Origin: Planctomycetota bacterium
GTDB lineage: Bacteria; Planctomycetota; Phycisphaerae; WQYP01
Assembly: GCA_021852275.1 (NCBI GenBank)
Contig: JAJZNX010000127.1
Span: forward strand, 9,423 to 73,422
DNA: 64,000 bases
Direction of reading: 5' to 3'
Below the pieces are notes generated by a model. It was not told where the DNA came from. It did not search any database and was given only the letters and a program-made list of their open reading frames with translations. Positions 47,466-57,716 of this stretch are shown here, piece after piece. Each line of letters begins with the position of its first letter. The stretch's first letter is position 1. Made by a program: the position numbers and the translations under genes.

Positions 47466-48320
47466 TTATAAAATCGGCGGTTGATTGGGCCAAAACATGA
47501 CATAGATATTGGTCAGCAGCAAAGCCAGCACCAGGTTCAATATTAAAATGACGATAAAGCTGGTAACAAATGCCTCAGTGCACGCCCGGCCTACGCCCTG
47601 GGCCCCGTTGCCGCAGCGAAACCCCTTGTAGCAGGCGATGGCGCCGATGGCCAGACCGAAAAACAGGGCTTTGATCAGCCCCGTATTGATGGTATAAATA
47701 TCCACCCCAACGCGGGCAAAGTGCCAGAATTGGTCATTGTTGATGCCCTGCACATGCACCGCAATCAACCAGCCGCCGAAGATTCCCAAAATATCGCTGA
47801 AAATCGTCAGAATCGGAGTCATCACCACGCAGGCCAGCACCCGCGGCACGGCCAGAGTGCGAACGGGGTCCGCGGCCATAGACCGCAGAGCCTCAATTTG
47901 TTCGGTGACGCGCATGGTTCCCAACTCGGCAGTCATGGCCCCACCGACACGCCCGGCCAGCATGACGCCCGTGAGCACCGGGCCAATTTGTTTCACCACG
48001 CTCAGGACGGTAACACTGCCGAGCCGGCTGGCCAGCCCCAGAGCATGAAATTGAGGGTAAGCTTCAATGACCAGCACGGCCCCTATAAAAAAACCGGTCA
48101 ACATGACTACTGGAATGGAAAGCGTGCCCAGGTCAAACATCTGCGAGAACATCTCGCGCATGCCAAAGCGGTCCATGCCGCGCAGAGTTCCCGCGAGAAT
48201 GGCCATGAAGAACCGCACAAAATCGCCCAGGGTCACCACAAAGGAAACACATATCTTTCCCAGCAACTCGATGGGCCCCAGGATGCTGGAACGATTGGGG
48301 GGTGGATCTGCGGGTGTCAA
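47466..48320 (-). CDS. mlaE: MlaE family ABC transporter permease
   Basis: The ~280-aa permease carries the block TVLSVVKQIGPVLTGVMLAGRVGGAMTAELGTMRVTEQIEALRSMA, characteristic of MlaE/TTG2B. Confidence 0.85.
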   Translation of the reverse strand: MTPADPPPNRSSILGPIELLGKICVSFVVTLGDFVRFFMAILAGTLRGMDRFGMREMFSQMFDLGTLSIPVVMLTGFFIGAVLVIEAYPQFHALGLASRLGSVTVLSVVKQIGPVLTGVMLAGRVGGAMTAELGTMRVTEQIEALRSMAADPVRTLAVPRVLACVVMTPILTIFSDILGIFGGWLIAVHVQGINNDQFWHFARVGVDIYTINTGLIKALFFGLAIGAIACYKGFRCGNGAQGVGRACTEAFVTSFIVILILNLVLALLLTNIYVMFWPNQPPIL

Positions 48321-48374
48321 AGCGGCTAGCCCTTATCAAGCACCATTTTTCCAATGCAGTGTACCGCACCGGTT

Positions 48375-48393
48375 CTGCGTATTGTATACGCAG
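48375..48393. promoter_or_regulatory. Perfect 8-bp-stem palindrome CTGCGTAT-TGT-ATACGCAG in the mlaE/hslU divergent intergenic region
   Basis: Read directly from the sequence. It does not match the CIRCE or HAIR heat-shock operators as I know them. Confidence 0.2.
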
Positions 48394-48575
48394 ATGAAGA
48401 CCTTGGGGCAAGTGGGTACAGGAGGCGGTTGGAAGTGTGGCTGACCGGCGCAGGCATGGGACCGCAGAAAGAGGGCAATTGTCGCGATTTCGCGTATCAT
48501 AGGTCTTTGAAGTTGGTACCCCGGGCAACAGGACTGGGGAAAATTTACTATGGATTTCCATGCATGTGCGCTACA

Positions 48576-49928
48576 ATGTCCGTCGCAGAACTTACTCCCG
48601 CAAAAATCGTCGCCGAGCTGGATAAGTACATTATCGGCCAAAAGGCCGCCAAGAGAGCCGTCGCCAATGCCGTGCGCAACCGCTGGCGGCGTTTGCAATT
48701 AAGCCCCGAAATCGCCCGTGATGTACTGCCTAAAAATATCATGCTGATCGGCCCGACCGGTGTGGGCAAAACAGAAATCGCCCGCCGGCTGGCAACGCTG
48801 GTAGAAGCCCCGTTTATCAAGGTGGAGGCCACCAAGTATACCGAAGTCGGCTATGTTGGCCGCGATGTGGAAAGCATGATCCGTGATTTATTGGAGTCGG
48901 CCATTCGCATGGTGCGGGCGGCCCAGATGCAGGCGGTGGCCATTCCCGCGTCCAAATTAGCCGACGATCGGCTCGTGGAACTGCTTTTGCCGCTAAGCAC
49001 CACGGCTGACGAAACAGACCCGGCAGCGCAGCAGCGTCGCCAGCGCAGCGCTGCCAAGATCAAGTCCCAACTGGCCGCAGGTGTGTTTGATGATCAGATG
49101 GTGGAGGTGCCGGTGGTCGAAAAATCTCCCGCTCCGCCCATGTTCGGCATGATGGGCATGGATTCGGCGGAATCCATGCCGCCGGGTCTGAATGAAATTT
49201 TTGAAAAGCTTTCGTCGGGCCGCAGCACAGTACACAAGGTCAAAGTAACGGAAGCCCGGAAGATATTGGCGGCGCAGGAAGCTGAAAAGCTTGTCGATCA
49301 ACAGGGTGTGGTGGAACAGGCGATCAGCCTGACGGAACAAAGCGGCATCATTTTTCTGGATGAAATAGACAAGGTGGCCACCGGAAGCGAAGGCCGCGGC
49401 GGTGCGGATGTGTCGCGTCAGGGAGTGCAGCGGGATTTACTGCCCATTGTGGAAGGCAGTGCGGTAACCACACGCCACGGCACAGTCCATACGGATCATA
49501 TTTTGTTTATTGCCGCCGGGGCGTTTCACGCGGCCAAGCCGTCGGACCTTATGCCTGAATTACAGGGGCGTTTTCCCATTCGGGTTGAACTTGCCGACCT
49601 GGAACAGGCCGATTACGTACGAATCCTCCGGGAACCGAAAAACTCACTGGTGCGCCAGCAAATTGATCTGCTGGCCGTGGAAGGCGTGCGCATTTCTTTT
49701 ACGGATGACGCCATTTACGCCATGGCCGAGTACGCGTTCAACGTCAACCGTAACACCCAGAACATTGGTGCCCGGCGTCTGAACACCATTTTGGATCGCG
49801 TGATGGATGATCTTTCATTTATGGCATCGGAAATCCGCGGCGAAAAACATGTGATTGACGCTACGATGGTGCGGGAAAAGCTGGCCGATATAGCCAGCGA
49901 TGAAGATTTATCGCGGTATGTTCTGTAG
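48576..49928 (+). CDS. hslU: ATP-dependent protease ATPase subunit HslU
   Basis: LTPAKIVAELDKYIIGQKAAKRAVANAVRNRWRR, Walker A GPTGVGKTEIARRLA and Walker B IIFLDEIDK, with the I-domain insertion. ATG verified at 48576. Confidence 0.93.
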   Translation: MSVAELTPAKIVAELDKYIIGQKAAKRAVANAVRNRWRRLQLSPEIARDVLPKNIMLIGPTGVGKTEIARRLATLVEAPFIKVEATKYTEVGYVGRDVESMIRDLLESAIRMVRAAQMQAVAIPASKLADDRLVELLLPLSTTADETDPAAQQRRQRSAAKIKSQLAAGVFDDQMVEVPVVEKSPAPPMFGMMGMDSAESMPPGLNEIFEKLSSGRSTVHKVKVTEARKILAAQEAEKLVDQQGVVEQAISLTEQSGIIFLDEIDKVATGSEGRGGADVSRQGVQRDLLPIVEGSAVTTRHGTVHTDHILFIAAGAFHAAKPSDLMPELQGRFPIRVELADLEQADYVRILREPKNSLVRQQIDLLAVEGVRISFTDDAIYAMAEYAFNVNRNTQNIGARRLNTILDRVMDDLSFMASEIRGEKHVIDATMVREKLADIASDEDLSRYVL

Positions 49929-49996
49929 CCAGCAAGGCGGAAAACGGATCAGGGCGGCCCGGCCATCTGCCAGGGCTGCAACACATATAGGACCTG

Positions 49997-50770
49997 GTGA
50001 ATATGCAACAGCAGCCCATTGAAGTTTCCATAATTGCTCCGGCATTTAATGAGGTGGATAATGTTCAGCCGCTGGTGGAACGCATCCGTGATGTGTTTGT
50101 GCCGCTGAACATCGTCTTTGAAGCTATTATTGTGGATGATGCCGGCACGGACGGCACACGTGAAAGATTGCTGGAACTGGCCCGACGATACCCGTGGTTG
50201 CGGGTGATTTCCCTGGCCAGTAACAGCGGCCAGACTGCCGCCATGGATGCTGGCTTCCGCGCCGCCCGCGGCCGAATATGGGCCACCGTGGATGCCGACA
50301 TGCAAAATGACCCCGGCGAAATTCCCCGCCTCATGGCCATGCTCTCCACAGAGGTGGATATGGTCAACGGCTGGCGGCAAAAACGCAGCGACAACGCTCT
50401 GCGCCTCATTCAAACCAAAATAGCCAATGGCATTCGCAACCGGCTCAGCGGAGAAAACATCAAAGATTCCGCCTGTTCGCTGAAGGTTTACAAACGAGAG
50501 TGTTTAGAGGGGCTTACGCTTTACAAGGGCATGCATCGTTTTTTTCCGACCCTGGTAAAAATGCGGGGCTTTAAGGTTATTGAGGTGCCCGTGAGCCACC
50601 ATCCGCGGGCACATGGTGTTACCAAATATAAATTCGGCAGCCGGGTGATTCGGGCTTTTGTGGATCTTTTGGCCGTCCGCTGGATGAAAAAGCGCCAACT
50701 TCATTATCAAGCCCATGATCTGACGTCCGAGCATTCGGCGGCAGGTGCGGCCACGTCGCGGTTGGGTTAG
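49997..50770 (+). CDS. Glycosyltransferase family 2, polyprenyl-phosphate glycosyltransferase-like (ArnC/DPM1-like)
   Basis: SIIAPAFNEVDNV ... IVDDAGTDGT ... DADMQNDPGEIPRL, which is the DxD motif and the typical ArnC/GtrB-like arrangement. Confidence 0.85.
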   Translation: MNMQQQPIEVSIIAPAFNEVDNVQPLVERIRDVFVPLNIVFEAIIVDDAGTDGTRERLLELARRYPWLRVISLASNSGQTAAMDAGFRAARGRIWATVDADMQNDPGEIPRLMAMLSTEVDMVNGWRQKRSDNALRLIQTKIANGIRNRLSGENIKDSACSLKVYKRECLEGLTLYKGMHRFFPTLVKMRGFKVIEVPVSHHPRAHGVTKYKFGSRVIRAFVDLLAVRWMKKRQLHYQAHDLTSEHSAAGAATSRLG

Positions 50771-50771
50771 A

Positions 50772-51617
50772 ATGGTAAATATGATTCATCCCACCGCAAT
50801 TGTTGATCCCCTGGCCCGGATAGACCCAAGCGCATCCATCGGGCCATATGCTGTCGTAGAGGGAGCGGTGCAGGTTGGCCCGCAGAGCAATATTCAGTCC
50901 CATGCCAAACTCATGGGGCCGCTGACCATGGGGTGCGGCAACATCGTCCACAGCTTCGCTTCGCTTGGAGATGTCCCGCAAGATTTGAAATTTACTGGAC
51001 AAAATAGCTACCTGACTATCGGTGATCGAAATATTTTTCGGGAGCATGTTACGGTCCATCGCGGAACATCCGGCCAGACCGTCCTTGGCTCCAACAACTA
51101 TCTGATGGTGGCCAGCCATGTCGGACATAATTGCCGTGTGGGAAACCATGTTACGCTGGTCAACGGAGCTTTGCTGGGCGGCCATGTGGTGGTGGAAGAT
51201 CGGGCGATTATCGGCGGGAATTGTGCTATTCATCAATTTTGTCGCATCGGCCGGTTGGCCATGATCAGCTTTACTTCGGCGTACAATGTGGATGTGCCGC
51301 CGTTTTGTATGGCCATATCCACCAATCTGATCACCCAACTCAATTCCGTAGGATTGCGGCGATCAGGTATGAGCGTAGAGAGCCAAAATGCGCTGCGTCG
51401 GATGTTCCGCTGGATTTATCGTACGCACGCCGGCGTGCCGTTGGCCAAAGCTCTGGATGATTTACCACCAGAGTTGGGCAGCGTTCCGGAAATTCAAGAA
51501 TTCAATGCGTTTGTAAAATCCACGAAGCGCGGTGTCGCCAGGTTCCGGCATTGGTCCACGCGCCATGGCCAGGCTTCCACCGGTACTGATGATACCCGGG
51601 GTGAGGAGAAGTCTTGA
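50772..51617 (+). CDS. lpxA: Acyl-ACP--UDP-N-acetylglucosamine O-acyltransferase
   Basis: IHPTAIVDPLARIDPSASIGPYAVVEGAVQVG hexapeptide repeats, HVGHNCRVGNHV and the C-terminal helical domain. The start is ATG 50772 or 50781. Confidence 0.9.
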   Translation: MVNMIHPTAIVDPLARIDPSASIGPYAVVEGAVQVGPQSNIQSHAKLMGPLTMGCGNIVHSFASLGDVPQDLKFTGQNSYLTIGDRNIFREHVTVHRGTSGQTVLGSNNYLMVASHVGHNCRVGNHVTLVNGALLGGHVVVEDRAIIGGNCAIHQFCRIGRLAMISFTSAYNVDVPPFCMAISTNLITQLNSVGLRRSGMSVESQNALRRMFRWIYRTHAGVPLAKALDDLPPELGSVPEIQEFNAFVKSTKRGVARFRHWSTRHGQASTGTDDTRGEEKS

Positions 51618-51774
51618 GCGCCGGTTCACAAGTCCTGAATCCAGCCTGGCCTCAGGCGGGATTTGCAATGGCAATATACTTTACACGACTATTATGCCCC
51701 ATGGCCGGTGGTTGCACTGTACCGGCCTTTTTGACTTGCGATTGATGGCTAAGGATGCGATAAATAGTGGTGGC

Positions 51775-51784
51775 GGGGGGGGGG
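51775..51784 (+). repeat. G10 homopolymer tract 72 nt upstream of xylA
   Basis: tggcGGGGGGGGGGcggcgc, counted across the line break 51780/51781. Confidence 0.8.
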
Positions 51785-51855
51785 CGGCGCATGATCATCA
51801 AACGTGTGGTGACATCGCCATCATGATGGATACTTAAAGCATAAGGAGTAGAACA

Positions 51856-53025
51856 ATGGCCAAAGCCGTAAAATCAGTGACCAGGGAAAAATTTACATTC
51901 GGTCTATGGACCGTGGGTAACATTGGACGCGACCCATTCGGCGGCCCCGTGCGCGGGGTGCTTACGCCCGTGCAAATCGCCAAATTGCTGGGCGAAGTTG
52001 GCGCGTATGGTGTGAACTTTCACGATAACGATCTGGTGCCCATTGACGCCACGCCCGCGCAGGAACGACAAATTAAATCCAGTTTCAAAAAGGCCCTGCG
52101 CGATAATGGCCTGGTGGTGCCCATGGCGACCACGAATTTATTTGGCGATCCGATATTTAAGGATGGCGCTTTCACCAGTGCCGACGCGAGGGTGCGGGCA
52201 TACGCCCTGCAGAAGACGATGCGTGCCATGGACCTGGGAGTCGAGTTTGGCGCGCAGACCTTTGTTTTCTGGGGTGGCCGGGAAGGGGCCGAAAGTGATG
52301 CCGCCAAAGACCCGGCTGAAGCCATCAAACGTTTTCGCCACGCCATCAATTTTCTTTGCCAGTATTCCATTGAAAATAATTATGGCTATCGGTTTGCCAT
52401 GGAAGCCAAGCCCAATGAGCCACGTGGACATATTTATTTTGCCACCACCGGCAACTACCTGGGATTTATTGAAACTCTTGATTATCCGGAGATGGTGGGA
52501 GTTAACCCGGAAGTCGCCCACGAAACCATGGCTGGTCTTAATTTTGTCCATCACGTGGCGCAGGCACTGGAGGCTGGCAAGCTCTTTCACATTGACCTTA
52601 ACGACCAGGAACCTGGCCGCTATGACCAGGATTACCGCTTTGGTGCCGCCAACATCAAAGCCGCTTTTTTCCTGGTCAAATTGCTGGTCGATCACGGCTA
52701 TGATGGCCCCCTGCACTTTGATGCCCATGCCTACCGCACCGAAGACTACCAGGGCGTGAAGGATTTTGCTCGTGGCTGTATGAAAACGTATATGTTGCTC
52801 AAACAGAAGGTGGCAAAGTTTAACACCGACCGAGAAATTCAGGCGCTGTTGAAACAAATTCATGTGCGCGATCAAAAGCTCGAAAATATGACCGCGGCCT
52901 ATTCCATCGACGCGGTGCGCCAACTCAAGGCATACAAGTTTAATCGCGTGGCCCTGGGTGCTCGCGGCATACCCTATGAAAAGCTTGACCAACTGACCAT
53001 GGAAATCATCATGGGTACGCGGTAA
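51856..53025 (+). CDS. xylA: Xylose isomerase, class I (short, actinobacterial/Thermus type)
   Basis: [24 protein letters not shown] and EAKPNEPRG motifs, with the ~389-aa length of class I enzymes. Confidence 0.93.
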   Translation: MAKAVKSVTREKFTFGLWTVGNIGRDPFGGPVRGVLTPVQIAKLLGEVGAYGVNFHDNDLVPIDATPAQERQIKSSFKKALRDNGLVVPMATTNLFGDPIFKDGAFTSADARVRAYALQKTMRAMDLGVEFGAQTFVFWGGREGAESDAAKDPAEAIKRFRHAINFLCQYSIENNYGYRFAMEAKPNEPRGHIYFATTGNYLGFIETLDYPEMVGVNPEVAHETMAGLNFVHHVAQALEAGKLFHIDLNDQEPGRYDQDYRFGAANIKAAFFLVKLLVDHGYDGPLHFDAHAYRTEDYQGVKDFARGCMKTYMLLKQKVAKFNTDREIQALLKQIHVRDQKLENMTAAYSIDAVRQLKAYKFNRVALGARGIPYEKLDQLTMEIIMGTR

Positions 53026-53175
53026 GCGGGTGTTTGGGCCTCCGCGGAGCGGTGTGAAGTCGGGCTGGCCAGGTGTTTGGCCGCCATTCCTCAGGCCGCT
53101 CAACACCGGGGGCAACGTCTCATACCACTGCCGTTACAGATCAGTCTATCTTCGCGGAATTCTCATGGACGGCAG

Positions 53176-56082
53176 TCATGTTGCCGCAGCCAACTTCTGC
53201 ACCACCTCGGCATCGCGGGCGGATAAATCCGGGTACGCCGGATTTTGTCCCACATCCGGCCGGCGTTTCCAGCACCGGGCGCAGCTTGCATATTGCTTCC
53301 GGCTATCCGTAATGGTGATACCCCATTGATCGCCGGCTTGAATCTGGTGGAAACCCAATCCCAACGCATCTTCAATTTCCGGGCCATAATCAGCCATGAG
53401 CGGAGCTAAGGCATCGGTAGCTGGAAAAACAATCAACGCCTGTGCATCCAGGGCATTGCCCAGTCCGATCGATCGCTTAAGATCATCAAGTTGTTTGAGT
53501 CCATCTTGAATCAGCGGCATCAGCGTTTCCCAATGCCTGGCCAGTTCCTGCGACACCGGTGGCTGCGGTGTGGAAAAAATTCGGCGATGAACACTGCTGT
53601 CACCGACCAACGACTTCATACCCGGCAGTTGCAGCACCGCCTGCCAGGCCTCATCGGTTGTAAAAACCAGCACCGGAGCCAGCAGCTCCACCAGGGCAAT
53701 CAGCAGCCGATGGCACATGGTCTGCGACGACCGGCGGCGCCGCGACCCCGGTAGTTCGCAATACAGCCGGTCCTTAATGGCCTTGGCATAAATGGCTGAA
53801 ATGTCCACATTGCAGAATTCATACAGCAGTTTAAATACGTGATGAAATTCATAGCGTTCATAAGCCTGCAGAACTTGGCCTTGCAGCGACGAAAGCCGAT
53901 ATTGCATCCACGTATCAATGCTATGGGGCTGGGGGGCTACAGCATCGCGCGTGATGTCAAAGTCAAACAGGTTACCCAGCAAATAGCGAATGGTATTACG
54001 CAGCTTCCGGTAGGCTTCGCCGGTGCGGACGAAAAGTTCCTTGGAGCACGGCATGTCGTGCTGATAATCAACGCTGCTAACCCACAGCCGCAGCACGTCG
54101 GCACCGTTTTCCTTCAAGGCATCAACCACTTTAATATCATTGCCCTGGCTTTTAGACATTTTCCGGCCCTGGGCATCTACAATAAAACCGTGGGTAAGTA
54201 CCTGTCTGAATGGCGGCTGCCGGCGGTAACCCGCAGCCTCCAGAAGCGATGCCTGAAACCAGCCGCGATGCTGGTCCGATCCTTCCAGGTACAAATTGGC
54301 CGGATAACCCAGTTCCGGGTGCGTTGCTTCCAGCACCGCGCAATGCGACGCCCCAGATTCAAACCAGACATCCAGAATATCTGCTCCCTGGCGAAGCTCC
54401 GCAGTTTTAAAGGTGAAATTGCTTACCACCTGACCTTCCGGGGTAATAGCCGAATCCACCCAGGTGTCTCCACCGAGAATTTGTTGCGGTGAATGCTGGT
54501 ACCAGCAGTCGGCCCCGTGGATACCAAAATATGCGGCAACATGCCTCAAGGATTTTTCAGTCAGCAGAATGTTGCCCCGCTGGTCAAAAAATGCCGGAAT
54601 TGGCACTCCCCACCAGCGCTGCCGGGAAATGCACCAGTCCGGGCGGCTTTCCAGCATCCCCACAATCCGATTTTTGCCCCAGCCTGGAATCCAGGTAACC
54701 TCCTCCACAAAACGCCGGGCCCTTTGCATCAGCGGACCCGTGCCGCTGGCCCTGACGAACCATTGCTCGGTGGCCCGGAAAATTACGGGTTTATGACACC
54801 GCCAGCAATGGGGATAGCTATGGTCGATTTCCATCTGATGAAAAAGCAGATGATGGGCCTTCAAAAACTCTACCACCATCCCATTGGCCTGCCAGATGCT
54901 CTGGCCACGCATAAACTCCGGCACAGTGTCATCATATTTTCCATTGGCCAGCACCGGGCAATAAATGTCCAGATTTTCCCGCCGGCCCGTCTGATAGTCT
55001 TCCAGACCATGGCCGGGCGCGGTATGCACCAGGCCCGTGCCGTCTTCCAGCGTAACATAATCGGCTAACACCACCGGCTGCGTCCGCTCGCCGTCCATGG
55101 GATGGCGATAAGTTGGATGAAGTGCAATCCAGTCCGCTCCGGTTACCGGTGCGGACGTCTGTCTGCCCGCAAGGCTAGATAGCCGCAATACCGATTCAGC
55201 CAGCGTGGCAGCAACAATCAGCGGCGGTTCTCCGCCATCTGCCTGCCTAACACATACGTATTCATGCCTGGGACCAACGGCCACAGCCCGATTCGCCGGC
55301 AGCGTCCATGGCGTGGTGGTCCAGATGAGTAAATTCGCGGCGGTGGGCACCGGTCCCCAGGCCGCAGGCCAGCTTTCCGCCGTTACACACAGCGGAAAAC
55401 GCACATACACCGATGTATCTTTTTTTGCGGCATATTCCAGTTCCGCTTCGGCCAGTGCGGTCTGGTCCGCCGTACACCAATGCACCGGCTTACGCTGCCG
55501 ATAGACCAGGTTATTTTTGACCAGTTCCGCCAATACCCCTGTTACGCCTGCTTCATAACGCGGATCCAGGGTTAAATACGGATGCTTAAAATCTCCTTGA
55601 ATACCCAGCCGCTGGAAAGATGCCGATTGAATCCGAACATACTTCATGGCGTAATCGCGGCAATGCTGGCGGATCTGTGCCGGAGAAAGCTCCCGCATTT
55701 TCGGCCCCAGTTCCTTTTGCACCGCACTTTCAATCGGCAGCCCATGACAGTCCCACCCCGGTACATACGGAGAATCCCAACCCTGCATGTTGCGAAACCG
55801 CACGATTATATCTTTGAGAACTTTGTTAATCAGGTGGCCGGTATGAATGTCACCATTCGCGTAGGGCGGGCCGTCATGAAGCACCCATTTTCCCTGCGGA
55901 TGAGAGCGCTGGCGAAGTGCTTCATACTCACGGTTGGCTTCCCAGCGGGCCAAAATTGCGGGTTCACGCTGCGTCAGATTCGCCTTCATATCAAAATTCG
56001 TCTGCGGCAGATTCAAGGTGTGCTTGTAATCTCTGGCTGCCGGCTCGGTGGGAACGATGGGTTTGATTTCAGGTGTGGTCAT
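53176..56082 (-). CDS. ileS: Isoleucine--tRNA ligase (type 1)
   Basis: HIGH motif PYANGDIHTGHLINK, KMSKS motif KMSKSQGN, the CP1 editing domain and the C-terminal zinc-binding CARCWKRRPDVG. Start placed at ATG 56082; the ORF opens at 56160. Confidence 0.95.
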   Translation of the reverse strand: MTTPEIKPIVPTEPAARDYKHTLNLPQTNFDMKANLTQREPAILARWEANREYEALRQRSHPQGKWVLHDGPPYANGDIHTGHLINKVLKDIIVRFRNMQGWDSPYVPGWDCHGLPIESAVQKELGPKMRELSPAQIRQHCRDYAMKYVRIQSASFQRLGIQGDFKHPYLTLDPRYEAGVTGVLAELVKNNLVYRQRKPVHWCTADQTALAEAELEYAAKKDTSVYVRFPLCVTAESWPAAWGPVPTAANLLIWTTTPWTLPANRAVAVGPRHEYVCVRQADGGEPPLIVAATLAESVLRLSSLAGRQTSAPVTGADWIALHPTYRHPMDGERTQPVVLADYVTLEDGTGLVHTAPGHGLEDYQTGRRENLDIYCPVLANGKYDDTVPEFMRGQSIWQANGMVVEFLKAHHLLFHQMEIDHSYPHCWRCHKPVIFRATEQWFVRASGTGPLMQRARRFVEEVTWIPGWGKNRIVGMLESRPDWCISRQRWWGVPIPAFFDQRGNILLTEKSLRHVAAYFGIHGADCWYQHSPQQILGGDTWVDSAITPEGQVVSNFTFKTAELRQGADILDVWFESGASHCAVLEATHPELGYPANLYLEGSDQHRGWFQASLLEAAGYRRQPPFRQVLTHGFIVDAQGRKMSKSQGNDIKVVDALKENGADVLRLWVSSVDYQHDMPCSKELFVRTGEAYRKLRNTIRYLLGNLFDFDITRDAVAPQPHSIDTWMQYRLSSLQGQVLQAYERYEFHHVFKLLYEFCNVDISAIYAKAIKDRLYCELPGSRRRRSSQTMCHRLLIALVELLAPVLVFTTDEAWQAVLQLPGMKSLVGDSSVHRRIFSTPQPPVSQELARHWETLMPLIQDGLKQLDDLKRSIGLGNALDAQALIVFPATDALAPLMADYGPEIEDALGLGFHQIQAGDQWGITITDSRKQYASCARCWKRRPDVGQNPAYPDLSARDAEVVQKLAAAT

Positions 56083-56422
56083 GCTGCTATTTGGAACTCC
56101 GTTAAGAGAGTGTGTTTGGCCCTGCGCCAGCGCCACGCGCCGTGACGCCAGATCCAACATGATAAGACACTTTCACTGGTTATCCCAGTGGCCGGAAAAG
56201 GGGGACCAGTCAAGGTTAAAATTTTCTCTTTTGGCGGTGCGCCAGAATCGCTGCGGTCATTTGGCCCCGGGGACCGATCCATCGTGGCTCATTCCAGCGT
56301 GTGACGACGCCTCGGGCAAACAATCTCAGGCCCCTCACTCTCTTTGCGCCGCGCGGAAATCTGCTACAATTATTGACTTGGATCAATGAAACGTCATTGC
56401 AGCTAAAAAGGATAGAACGGAT

Positions 56423-57442
56423 ATGGCGGCCACAGCGGATATTTTTGATTTTACCATTATTGGCGGTGGACCGGTGGGACTTTACGCGGCCTATTATGCA
56501 GGTCTGCGGCAGATGCGCACCAAAATAATAGATTCGCTGGATCAGCTTGGTGGGCAATTGGCGGCTTTGTATCCGGAAAAGTTTATCTTTGATGTTGCCG
56601 GTTTTCCCAAGGTCATTGCCAGGGATCTGGTGAAAGAACTGATGACGCAGGGGTTGCAATACGGTGCCCAGGTGCATCTTTCCGAAACGCTCAAGGGCCT
56701 GAAACGTGATGAGACCCATGATTGCTGGGTACTCTCGTCGGATCGGGCCGAGCATTATACCAAAACATTGCTTATTGCCGCCGGTTCTGGGGCATTTCAA
56801 CCGAGAAAAGTGCCCGTGGCATCCGCGGCTGCATGGGAGGGGCGCGGGGTGTATTATTCGGTGAAATCGAAAGAGGATTTTGCGGGCAAGCGGCTTTTAA
56901 TCATCGGCGGGGGGGATTCGGCGCTGGATTGGGCCATGAATTTGCACGGTGTAGCGGGGGCCATCACCATCATACACCGCCGCAATCAGTTTCGCGCACA
57001 TGAAGACAGCGTGAAGCGGGTTTTAGCCAGCGGAACACCAATTTTAACCTTTTGGGAATTAAAAGACCTGGTTTGTGCCGATAATAAGATGACGGGCGCT
57101 CTTATCGTCAACAATCAGACGAAAGAAGAAAAGACGCTGCCTGTGGATGCGATCTTGGTACAGGTAGGCTTTATCAGCTCTCTGGGAGCCATTAAGAACT
57201 GGCCCATCGAAATTAAAGGTAATTCGATTATGGTCAATACGCAGATGCAGACCAGTCAGAAAGGGATTTTTGCCGCCGGCGATGTGGCCGGTTTTGATGG
57301 TAAACTCAAGTTGATTGCCACTGGATTCGGGGAAGCGGCTACTGCGGTAAATTTCGCAAAATCTTTTATTGATCCGCATTCCCGGGCCTTTCCAGGGCAT
57401 TCCAGTGAAATGAGTCCGGAACAGGTTACCACGGTTAATTAG
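56423..57442 (+). CDS. Ferredoxin--NADP(+) reductase, thioredoxin-reductase-like type (YumC type)
   Basis: FDFTIIGGGPVGLYAAYYAG ... GGQLAALYPEKFIFDVAGFP and a second GGGDSALDWA nucleotide motif. It lacks the TrxB CxxC. Confidence 0.88.
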   Translation: MAATADIFDFTIIGGGPVGLYAAYYAGLRQMRTKIIDSLDQLGGQLAALYPEKFIFDVAGFPKVIARDLVKELMTQGLQYGAQVHLSETLKGLKRDETHDCWVLSSDRAEHYTKTLLIAAGSGAFQPRKVPVASAAAWEGRGVYYSVKSKEDFAGKRLLIIGGGDSALDWAMNLHGVAGAITIIHRRNQFRAHEDSVKRVLASGTPILTFWELKDLVCADNKMTGALIVNNQTKEEKTLPVDAILVQVGFISSLGAIKNWPIEIKGNSIMVNTQMQTSQKGIFAAGDVAGFDGKLKLIATGFGEAATAVNFAKSFIDPHSRAFPGHSSEMSPEQVTTVN

Positions 57443-57716
57443 GAGATTTTAGCAACTCTTAATAGACTGGTGTCTTAGGCTGGGTAGCGGCTGGCTTTGA
57501 CGTGCGCTAACGTTAAAATAAGGTAGCATGATTTCATGGTTAAGGAGTAAGGTAGACGTTTGTTGGAAGGCAGCAACTGGAGTTCCCAATAATAGATGGT
57601 CCGGGACGAACATGGTTGGATATAATTGATGTGTGCAGCCGGAATCTTGCTAAGCAAGAAGGAGCTTAATTCCAGGATGGTAGTTGTGGTTGCATGGATA
57701 GCATGAAGCGACAGGT

